Origin: Perkinsus chesapeaki ATCC PRA-425
Lineage: Eukaryota > Protista > Perkinsozoa
Assembly: GCA_013115145.1 (NCBI GenBank)
Contig: JAAPAO010000008.1
Span: 1-64,000 of the forward strand
Reading direction: 5' to 3'
Length of the DNA stretch: 64,000 nucleotides
Within the stretch, counting starts at the first letter, position 1, and the number at the start of each line of letters is the position of its first letter. The position numbers were made by a program, and so were the translations under genes. Shown here piece by piece: positions 34,775 through 45,700 of this stretch. The notes under the pieces are model-generated. The model saw only the letters and a list, made by a program, of their open reading frames with translations. It was not told the DNA's origin and made no database searches.

Positions 34775-37700
34775 ATGGTGGCATCTGGTGCGCTGAAAAT
34801 GCTGCTGGCCGCAACAGCGATTCCGGCTACCTATCAAACTGCGCCACCTGAGCTTCCCGTAGTCCTGGATACTCTACCAGACTTTGACTGCATTCTAGCT
34901 GGCAATGAGCCATGGGACGACCTGCATATGAATATGGAAGAGTAGACGTGACCAAATAGTCCACGACCAGCCCTTTGTGTATCAGATATATTGGGATGGT
35001 CCAGTCATACGGCCCTAGGGATAGGTCTTTGGTGAGATAGGGCGGTGGAATCGGATGAGACCATGAGGCCTGCTCTCTGGTGATCAGATATTGGATGCAT
35101 TCCAAGCCACTCAACTTAACGTACTCTATCCTCGCAGCAGTCTATTCGGCAACATGACGATCGAAGACATCAGACCAGAACACTGCCCGTACTGACACTT
35201 CATATTCCATACCTCTAAGATGCCATTGAGTCCAGGGCATGGAGTAGGTACGGCAGCCTTGTACTGTACAGCACCGCAGCAGTACTGTCTGACCTTGTTG
35301 GCTTCCGAATGTCAACCAAAGTACACCGACCTTCATGTGCACCTTCGTTAGCTATTCGTCGCCTTGCCAGTTTTGGTTCCAGAAGTTGGGAGACATGCTC
35401 CGAGCAATATACAGACTTGGATGGCTCCGGTTGATACCACTAATGAACTGTCGGTGGTCCAAACCCCTCCTAAGCATGACTGCATCGTGAGGTCTGCCCC
35501 CAGCTACTGCATTCCGACTCTAACTTCTGAGATACAATCTTCATGTCCCTGAAAGCCTGGATGACCCCTGCCCTCGATACCTGACCGATGGAGCTACTGG
35601 AGAGGTGGGTACAAAGGCCACCGCGGGGGATGTCTGCTGCTGATAATTCATTGGGGAAAAATAGCAGCTCCTTGTTTCGATCAAGGGACCTTTGGGTTAT
35701 GAGCCCAACACGCTATCCACTGCGCCAAGCTGCTTATGTACTAATTAGGTCTAGACAGTCCCCTCTACGCGGCATTTTGTACGTCAGGTCATTGCTGATT
35801 GGCATTCTTTCCACAACGCCACAAGAGGCCTCAAGGACCTCGGTCTAACCCAGTGGATTCTCGAAACACAAAGGTGCTGTCCCCTCCCTTGACCCGATGA
35901 AGCTACCGCCAAACGCTATAGAGAGTGCTCCGGGGACATTGCCAGAGCATTCTGCTCAGGACGGCCTTCATTCCCAAGATCCTCATCAAGGCTGCTGCCA
36001 AGATGGATACAGAAGGTACCGCTGTTGCCAGTGAACTTAATGAACCTATTTACGCCTCTTTCATAGCCACACTTTGCATTTTGCAAGTTGGAGCTTTTCC
36101 ATCTCAGAAGCCTGCCCACTGGGATCCATGGCGGTTCTTGGGATGAAGCTCCTGTTGTCGGTCCAGAAAGCCCACGACCAGACAATCAACTCGGCGGATG
36201 GATTCCTCGAGCTCATGTCCACGGTGATGATGGCAGCTGGACATTCTAGAAACAGTACAACTCAAGTCCCTCACTTTAATCGCGCAGACCCCCGCCCGAG
36301 TCCTCTGGAGTTCCTCGTGGCCATGGTGGAGCATTCTGTCGGTCATACGAGATGTCAAGTATGCTTATTCCAAAATGCCGTAGGTCCCCAACGACGGGCT
36401 TTGTCGTTTTTTAGTGCTATTTCTCTCCGAATGGCATCTATACTCAACTTCTGCGCCTAGAGACTCTTAGGGCCCTGCTCTAGACTCGGTCTTGGGCTTC
36501 GTCTAGTAGGTCACTCAGGTATGCGATGGACCTCCTCCCCACTGAGCTGACCGCGGTGCGTACTAAATACGGCTTAGACGGTGAAAAGCTATTCCTCCTT
36601 GGGCCCTATAAGCATGCCGAGCTCTTAAGAAGGTGCACACTCACCAGTACCCCGGGGCCACCCAGTAACCAATGGCCCACTGGACAGATACATTCCTATC
36701 GATGCGGGCCGGAGGCAGGAGCACAGCTCGGCCTTTGTGGGAGCAGTTCAAATGGTCATCGACTTCCTCGGAACCCACCCGTCTGAGAAGCTGTTGTACT
36801 CCACACACGCTACTCCGTCACACTAGGATGTCAACCTGTCAGATACGTGACTCTCGTCTGGGGTCGCTTGACGCCGTATATCGGTGGCTTCGTAACAAGG
36901 ATGAAAGCCCTAGATCTACCCCTGGTTGTGTTCTGCATTGACGAGACAGCCTTACAGGCCTGCGAGGCGACATCCTCGATACCTGGGGCATCGCCAGTCT
37001 ACTGCCTTCGCGGCCAAACAATCGGTTTCTTCAACAAGTTCACTCTACTCTCCGTTCTACTGCAGTTGGGCATTCAAGTTGTTGTTATGGACTTTGACGT
37101 TATCTATTTCAAGTCCCCCACAGTAACCTTACTTCCCGGACATCCCTTAATAGCCTTGGTCAGGCGCACTTCCTGCATCAAGCCAGTGTGGAGAGTGCGG
37201 ATATCCTAGTGTCGCGTGGGTCTCCACCTCGGAGTGCTTTTTCCTATTGCGTCCTCAGGGACCTTCGGTGATGGCTGCATGAACATCGGTCTCTTCTACT
37301 CCAGACCAACTCAAGCTAGCGTCGCTTTCTACCTGTACGCCTTCTATGGTAGTATCAAATCCAGTGACGCTGCAAAGATACCTCACGAAATGGCTGTGGC
37401 ATCACCCCTACGACCACGATCAATGGAGCTTCCAAGTCCTACTGGAAACCGGCAACTCCAACAACGTCAACAGCCTGCGTACCCCCTACCCGACCAACTT
37501 ACCACTAACTTTCAACCCAGGGACGAGCGATCGTCGCTGGCCTCACTGGGATGAATTCGAAGGCTTTATGAACAACTCGGCCACCCGAACGCGATACGGT
37601 GTGAGTGTTGGCCGTCGAACTCCACAGTGAAAGGCGAACTGCGTCGAGATACTCGATCCTGTTAACACCTTTATTACCAATCGTGTGTACGAGGACGAGG

Positions 37701-38088
37701 GTTGGACGGGCAGCTTGTCAAGTAGGAAACTCCAGCGTTATTTGGACACATCCCAATCAGACATCATTGCGTTTCACTTCCTTGATGGCCAAGGTGCTGT
37801 CAACGATGAGATAGCTACTCGGAAGGAGTAAGCCATTGCACTAGACACTGTGCGAAAGCCGTCAGGTATCTCGATCTTTGGTCGTTGTTTTACAACGGCA
37901 CCGAGTCCATACTAGCTGACCCGAGCACCGGGCCGCTCTGGGAAACTATACCAGGGCTTCGGAAGGTCTTGAAGGATGCGAGAAGGTGAGATAGCTTTGG
38001 ACTTCAGCGGCGATATGAAAGGGTCAGAGACGAGCGGCCGGCGGATGATGTAAAGTGTTTGACTTGGGACCCTGTTCGTGAACCATGA
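34775..38088 (+). CDS. Nucleotide-diphospho-sugar transferase (PF03407/GT77-like) with long lumenal N-terminal region (multi-exon)
   Basis: Signal-like N-terminus. Catalytic region: LVVFCIDETALQAC; FNKFTLLSVLLQLGIQVVVMDFDVIYFKSP (DxD); CMNIGLFYSRPTQAS; HDQWSF. The end splices to DVKCLTWDPVREP*. Confidence 0.78.
35662..35734 (-). tRNA. tRNA-iMet: Initiator tRNA-Met (CAT), copy 2, antisense inside a glycosyltransferase intron
   Basis: 73 nt identical to copy 1, with a T5 terminator. Lies in intron ~35604-35783. Confidence 0.97.
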
Positions 38089-38549
38089 AGGCACATGTTA
38101 TTTCCGTTCATTCAAAGCCTTGCGTATTGAAGAGTGGATCTGGTAGTGCCGGAGCAACTGGAGCTCAAACTCGAGGTAGATCTGGGTTGTCACGGTCTGA
38201 TTGCTATCGTACACCTGAGCATCTATTGCCCATTGGGAGAAATGCTTAATTATTCTAGTGGCCCGCCAAAAGATGACATGATTGTCCATTTTGGTCCAGC
38301 AAGATATTTTCTAAGGTAACTCGTACTACACCGCGCGTCAAATTCTTATCAACTCGTGTTTTTCAGCGGTGTATACTGCTGCACCTTTTCAATTGATCCC
38401 TAGTAACTTGAGTTTATTGGTTCGCGGCGAAGGCAAAGACAATGTACGCTGGACCAGCGTCGCTGGTAACGTTAGGGGGCTCCCGAGAGTACTGCGGAGT
38501 ACACACAAGGATGAGAGAAACTGACAACTCAACACTCGATTGAGATGAG

Positions 38550-39918
38550 TTAATAATTATTCATTTCCGTATCGCCCGAGTCCGCTGTCTCGACTGACGG
38601 CATCGAACTACTCTCATCATCATCATCTTCAATCAATGCCACCGATGCCTCATCAGTTCTCACATCACCAAAAGGCAAACTAATTACATCATTGTACATG
38701 AGGGTGCCAAAAATGCAAACAACAAAGCCTGCGAATTGAAGCCAGCTGTGGGGTGTCCATGGGGTACCTAAGAACTCCAGTCGGGTAGACCAGGATGAGC
38801 ACTCACCGTAGCGGGAGCTGCCGCCGATGTAGTAGGCAGACAGCTGGGCAATCCATACCAACATAGTACGAAGGGAATCCAGCATTGTACGGTGTACCTA
38901 CCCGGCAGATCTACAAGTTGAGTTGGAGGAACTCAGTACCGATGACAATCTCCTGGACACTGTCATGCCACATAGGTTGAAAACTGATATTGATAAAAAA
39001 TAGGTCAGCATTAGTGTAAAGACAGCCTTGGAGTGTTCCAGTTTATAAAGGGAGTCTCTACTGTTCTCGTAGGAGCCATTATCCCCGCCGGGTATCCATG
39101 ACATTACTGTCAGCACGACAAGCATCGATCCGATGCCCCACAAACCCTCCATCCCTACTACAAGGGACGAAGGGCATCGCCGAGCCTTCAGCAATCGCTC
39201 CTCGGTTATCATTTGAGCAGCACCACATAGCTGGCCAAGTATCGTAAAACTAATACCAATGATAGATCCCCAGCCACCACTCGAACTGGAGGCCCTAGTG
39301 TCAAGCACGGAGCTAGTGCCCACGAGAGTGAGGCCAAGGACCGTACACGACACTGCGAAGACCTTGCTGCGGCGCATGCTACGACCGAGGAAGAATACCG
39401 ACAATATAGCCGTGAAGACGACAATACTCCCCCTCATCATTTGCCAGACCGATGCCGATATAAAGTTCATGCCTATGCCAGAGAAGCCTGTACCGAGCAG
39501 ATCCAGCGCTGCCGGTGGGGCGAAGTAGTACACAGGGGGTGGGGAAGGACGGGAATTGGGCTCCGAGACTTGATGTCGTTGGCGGCGGCGATTCTTATAT
39601 AGCACTAATAACAATAGCATCGATTCACCGAGGAACATGGCTAGGTTCTGGGTCCATGGCTTATTAAAGGGCTCCTCTCCAGAAGGACAATCACCTAGTA
39701 CAGACACCGACTGACACTGCAATAGGCGCATGCAGGACCCACACTAAAGCATTACTGTCGGTAGGATACCTCCCCCTTGCTCTATTACCTCTAGTATGAC
39801 CTCTGATACTCGGGGCACACGTCTCGAACATTGCCTTCTTTGATAAAGTATTCAGACTACCCGTTAATAACATAACAGCCGCCACAGCCCATGCTGGCAC
39901 GTGGGGGAGGAGGGGCAT
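38550..39918 (-). CDS. SLC35F6-like (DMT/nucleotide-sugar transporter superfamily) membrane transporter (multi-exon)
   Basis: AVMLLTGSLNTLSKK; FNKPWTQNLAMFLGES; PAALDLLGT; SASVWQMMRGSIVVFTAILSVFFL; AAQMITEERLL; VGMEGLWG; LDSLRTMLVW; WLQFAGF. Confidence 0.88.
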
Positions 39919-40079
39919 TGAATATGCACCTTATAGCCAACGGCGGCAGCACCCCCCATCCACGCAACGGCAGATCGGCCTTGTACTACTTTTCTACCAG
40001 CAGGTGACTTACCAACTTACAACGCAAAAAGTATTAAAGTGGTAGCTCCCAGAAACGCGGGAAGAATGAGATAATCGGC

Positions 40080-40790
40080 AAGTATACTACAGTAGTAAAT
40101 GGGCTGCTACTACCACCACCAAACCCGAACTAATGATGATGTTATTGATGATGACAGCTGCTGCTGCACTGCCACTGCCACCTTTGCTGCTGCTGTTGTT
40201 GTTGTTGCTGTTGATATAAATATCATTCCTTTGAACAACACTCACGTAATGCTTTATTATTAACATCATTAATATTACCATAATAAACAACAACAGCAGC
40301 AGCGGTGATGGTAGTAGCAATGGCAATAGTAGTAGTAATAAGGAGTGCCCTTACCCACTTAGAGGCTTTAGTCGTATAGCATCACTGTCCTATAACGGAC
40401 AATTGAACAAGTAACAGTCTTATTATGATATGATTAAGGTAAAGCAATAAAAGCAGCAGCCAGTAAGTATTCAATAACAATAGACCTCCTTACAACAACA
40501 ACAATAATAATAGTACCGAACCACTAACATTAACTTCTTCATCAATAATAACATACATTAGCAACAACAGCAGCAGCAACAACAGCATTCTTTACGGGAA
40601 CGTTCTTAATACAAGAAAAAGCGTTAATATGTATTATTATGATATACAACTTACATCAACAATAACAGTAATGGCATTAACTGTCGCCACAGCTACTTTG
40701 CCAAAACCACTATAGTAGTAGTAGCTTCAAGCAAGAATGCCGCCGAGGTTACAGCCACCACAAAAACAACACCAAAAAAAGGCACCAACC
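40080..40790. repeat. Degenerate CAA/CAG/TAG/AAT low-complexity tract downstream of the CCCH gene
   Basis: Dense imperfect trinucleotide runs with no credible ORF. Confidence 0.7.
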
Positions 40791-40793
40791 AAG

Positions 40794-42328
40794 CTACGCT
40801 GTTGGATGGTCGCCAGCGGTATTATTATTAGTAGCAGCATCAGGGACTTCGGCAAAGCTTCCAAGAGCTGGAGAGGCCACAGCTGTAGAACCAAACTGAG
40901 AGGATGAGGCGCCAGACGAAGTTGTTGACTGTGGATTGAAACTGGGCAGTCTTCTCCGCGCTTCTAAAATAGTGGCTATCTGGCTCAATGTTCGGGACCG
41001 CGATTCAACATTAGTCGATTCTAGAGGCTTCCAACCACTCAGACCACGAGGGCGACTCTGACTCGGTTCGGAGGGCTCGCTCGTAGGAGGCACTAACAAC
41101 GTTCCTGCACATGACTTGGTGTAGTGACCCTTCTCGTTCATACCAGAGGACATCGCTGCTGCTGCAGTTGCCTGTTGTTGTTGCTGCTGATGTTGTGGTA
41201 CAAATGCAGGAGCGTCGGCGTCAAGCCCAGGCGCAGGCACAGTAGGGAACGAGTCGGTGATGCTAGGGAAGTTGTCTGGGGGATCGTCAACCAAAGCGGC
41301 AATCATATCCTGGCCGCCAGTGTAGGACCGAAGTCGTAGCCTAACTTCATCACCAGCAGTAAAAGCGCTGGTGTCGGCGCTACCATTGAGCTGTTCTAAT
41401 GCCTTTGCAATCTGCTCTAGCAGTTGGGCTTGCTCGAGATAGTCACTGGCAGTCATAGTATTACTCATAGCCTTACCAGTACCAGTGGTAGTAGGTAGCT
41501 GTTGATAGCCATCAGTACCAGTAACAAGTAGACCTGGATTCTGGTTTAAAGCAGCAGCTGTACTACTTAGAGCTTCGAGAACAGCAGCATCAGTAGTAGC
41601 ACCGGGGACGTAGCCACCGCCACCAACAGCATTATTCATAAATTGAGAGGCGGCGTCCTTATTTTGGACCATACCCGCGAACTGATTAGACTTATTATTA
41701 TTGTTGTTGTTTTTACGTCCATCAGGAACGTGTCTTATCTCACTCCAATCATGGGCATAGTTGCAGTCTGAGCCGTGTACGCAGTATCCTTGCTGGAAGT
41801 ACTTGCACATACGGGTCTTCCTGAACACCTCACGCTCGTGAGACCCGGCCTCGCCAGCACCAGTACCACTGGGATGAGACACAGTGGAACCTGGCGAAGT
41901 CGGTGCAGTATCGGATACCTGCCTGCTGCCAGCACCGGTATGATTATATCCCCCTGGACCTGAAAATGACTGTACCGATTTGAACTCCATAAGGCCCTGA
42001 GCTTACGCATATCGGGAAGGTGTCTGAGCTCGCTAACATCATGAGCATGATCACACTGATCTCCATGGACACAGTATCCTTGCAGAAAGTACTTGCACAT
42101 TCGAGTTTTACGATAAAGCTCCCGATGAGGAACCCCTCCTCCCCCAGGGGTGCCTGGTGCTGCCTGCTGCTGCCCCATAGCTTGCTGCTGCTGTTGTCCT
42201 AGTGCCATCATAGCTTGCTGCTGCTGGTCCATTATATTCATACCGTCCAGATCGGCAAATGTCATTTGTTGAGCTCCATCACTACCAAGCTGTTGTTGTT
42301 GTTGCAACTGGGAAAGTGGCAATGACAT
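40794..42328 (-). CDS. Two-CCCH zinc-finger RNA-binding protein with poly-Q and PAM2-like motif (one 47-nt intron ~41951-41997); paralog of 24657-25958
   Basis: RKTRMCKYFLQGYCVHGDQCDHAH and RKTRMCKYFQQGYCVHGSDCNYAH; LDADAPAFVP; C-terminal blocks shared with the 25-kb gene. Confidence 0.9.
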
Positions 42329-42610
42329 ACACGACGATGAATAAGATTCAAATCTTTATCAAAACCCTAACAACACTACCTTGCCAGAGGACTATAAAGA
42401 AGAACACCACCACGGTGACGCTAGACTGTGTCACAAAGGGCTTGTTAAACACCTATTATGTTGGCCGGTGGAGAGACTGATAATACACAGAGATCCTCGA
42501 CAGGTTAGAGGGGGAATAGCGTTTGGTCAGACTGATCCAGTCCACTAAAGACAGTGTGAAATACTGCAATACATGCTTGATAGTCGAGCTACAGGGAAAA
42601 TAAATACAGG

Positions 42611-42645
42611 AAAAAGTCCGTCGGCCGGGATCGATCCCGCGACTA
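42611..42645 (-). other. Orphan tRNA 3'-half-like sequence followed by T5
   Basis: Minus strand reads TAGTC-GCGGG-ATCGATC-CCGGC-CGACGGA-C-TTTTT. The T stem is 4/5 paired and no 5' half is present. Confidence 0.4.
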
Positions 42646-42709
42646 GTGACGCTGCCCGCTTTTTGTGCACGCGTTCAAACGCAAGAGCGCGACTCGGGGA
42701 AACCAACTG

Positions 42710-45700
42710 TCATGAAGGCGTGGCAATCGATATCAGAGATGTGTTAGCAATGCGATGATGATGATGTAACCGGCACTGCTCTTCCCACCAGCGGCCACAG
42801 CTGGCTCGGGTAAGCGGTAGTAGATCGGGGAAATCACAGGCATTAGGGTGATGGCACTGTGGGAGGCACGAACTGCGACCAAAGATGCCTTGATGGTTGC
42901 ATAGCTCCCATGGGTTATGGTCAGCCACGTTACCACCACCAATCAACTTGGCACTAGAGCCTCTATAGATGTTGTGGTACCACCAGTCCCAATGCGCAAG
43001 AGAGAAGTAGAGCTTAAAAGGTGATCCGAACATTCGAATTGCCACTAGGTCCGTGGGCAACTGGGGTGTGGAAATTATGGCAATTGTGAAGGGGCCTAGC
43101 TGTATAGCGACCCGGCTGCCAGACGTCACAGAACGATCGGTTTCCATACCATAGGTCAGGTCATCCAAGAGTTCACACGCTCCCATAGGCACGCTACCGA
43201 ACACACCAGCCACAGCCACTGCTGAACAGAGACCGGTGCTGTCGGGATCGCCTATGAACTGACGGTCAAGGCCCACGAGGTTGAGCTCGAGATCGTAGTC
43301 CCACGGTATCATACCGACTCCTCCGCTGCGATACAATGTAGCAAGGAGTGTGCCTTGCCGGGCCATAGCGATTCTCGAACCCTTAGCCGAGACCCACCAT
43401 TCCACCAGCCTCATGAAGCTATCTTCGAGCCAGAGACGGTTACACAACGGCGTCACAGAACGATACTCCTCCATGAACTCGTAGTTTTCGGCCAAGACTT
43501 CACTGCTGTTGGTCGCCTTCATGGGGGAGCACACGTCTCGAGTGTCATCCTCACGAACACATTCAATGTAGATGCTCTGAACACCCGGAAAGTCGGCGGT
43601 GGAGAGCTGCTGTGCCCAGTCCTCCTCGTATAGAATCACCGCATTGCAAGTGCAGACACCTACTCCCAATCGCGATGCCACTGCGTCAAACAGCAACACC
43701 TTCGCGCTGCCATTGAGAGAGGCAGTGCTCTCGTTATGCAATGAATCTTCGGGGTTTAGGATATGTTCGAGAATGCGGAGTAGGGTCACAGTCCGATATA
43801 CACGCGTAGCAGAAGTTGATCCTGCTCTCTGGCAGGTATGTCGATCAGGCAGAGCACTACGGAGCTCTAATTTCCACCACTCATATCTAACCCTACGAGC
43901 CGGCCAGAAGAGCGAGTCTCGATACTGGATGAGACCGCCTGCCACAGAGCAGTCGTCTGTCGCATACGAAGAGAGCAAGCTTAGTGCATGGTTCGACGTG
44001 TGATTCCAAACCAGCGCGACGAACTGCTCTCCTTCACGTTGAGAGTTAGATACTAGCGCTAGCATCTCCTGTAATGGAGTGTTCCATCTGATAGCCAAAG
44101 GCCCTTCAACATCCAGCTTCGGAAAGCTGGGTTGTGCTGGTGAGGGTTGTACCCATACCTGCACTGTGTCACCAAAGAGCAAACCAGTGTGAACCCGACG
44201 CAGCCTAAACGCGGCTGACAACTGCATAGACGAGCAGTTGCTGATAATCACGTTAACACTTTCCCACCCATGGGTCGGCGTCGACGCACTGGTCTCTTGC
44301 GAACAGACCGTTATCTTCAGCCATAGGGCCCTATTCATCACTTGTGGGCACTGGCGGACATTGTATCGATGCAACGGTAATGGTAGGAAAGGAGATGCAC
44401 AATGTAAAAACACATCTCCACGGTTGAACCAGGAGCTCAGCCACGCCCGGAATTCGAAAACCTCGCATGGCCCGAACGAGCCACGATGCTCCACGCCACA
44501 GGCTGTGATCGGCCGAGACATATCAGGCGCCGAGAAAACGGTTACTCCGGCAAAGACAGACAGCCAGTCTGGTAAATGACGAAGGTTCGAGAAATACGGA
44601 GGTTCCCGAATGGGGTGGTAATGGTGGCAAGTGTGGACCTTTGGACCCTCGGAGACCAATGAGACTAGATCTTGGCACAGCGCAAAGTCCTGCAGTGACC
44701 TGGACTTCCCACACCGCCTCAGAATTGCTCGCAGTGTCTCGGCCTTGTAAACCCGGCTGAGGCTAGTAGTGTCGCAAGCTACACAGGCATGGCTGTTACT
44801 GTGTGATCTATAGCCTGTTGAGTAAGGTGATACGGTTATCATTTCGTGAAAGAGATCATCACGACGGAACTTGAGACATGGCCATGCCCACCCGCCGTCG
44901 GGGTCTATGACCGGTAACCCGGCAACTGTAATCCCGTCCTTGGCCATGGTGTTGACCAGGAGAGGCAGTGACACCTCGTTTTCGTAGTCCCATTGCTGTG
45001 GCGACAGCACGCCAACATACCCTGTATCCGGAACAAGTGATGGCAACCGAGATATACATTCGCGGGGCGCAATACTGACGGTGCTGTAGTGTTTGCTTGG
45101 CTTTACGATGGAATGACTGCTACATTCAATAATGACCAGGTGGGGGCTATCAGCCGCAGTGACGTTTGCGGTAGAGATTACGAGTTCCGACGCCATGGAC
45201 ATGAGAGGCAGTAACGGCCAAGATGTGGTCATGATAATACCCGGGGACCTCAGCTTAGTCCACCAGTCATTCAGTGCCTCCTTCGAGACCCTTCCATGCA
45301 TGGAAAGGGCCAGGGCGGCACATATGCGGCTCAGTTCACATCCGACTTCTTTCCCTAGGAGCATCGATTCGCTCACTTCTACGTCGGGCAGGGTCCCGCG
45401 GTTCACAGAAAACGCAAGGTAGCGTTTGTACTCCTTTTCGAGCGGAGTCTCATTAGCATCGCATGACCCTGTCGCAGGGTGCAATCGCCATGCGTCTTGC
45501 CAGACGTAGCACTTCAGTTTCCGCCAATGGCCCAGGGCTCTCCGCAACCACAGAGGCGCGAAGACAGGATCGCTCAAGAGACTGGTCAACGGCAGCTGCT
45601 TTATGAAGTCGAAGGCTGTCACCATCGAGCTGAGGGAGAACACGTCCAAGCTCGCCGCATCCGGGTCTACTAGGATCTCAAAGTGCTTTGGCCACCGCGG

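Noticed and set aside
34690-35650. Decayed non-LTR retroelement targeting tRNA genes between the two tRNA-iMet copies
   Set aside because: The minus-strand ORFs lack RT motifs. The plus strand splices into the N-terminal exons of the glycosyltransferase.
38098-38289. 63-aa minus-strand ORF directly after the glycosyltransferase stop
   Set aside because: No recognisable motif and too short to support without expression data.
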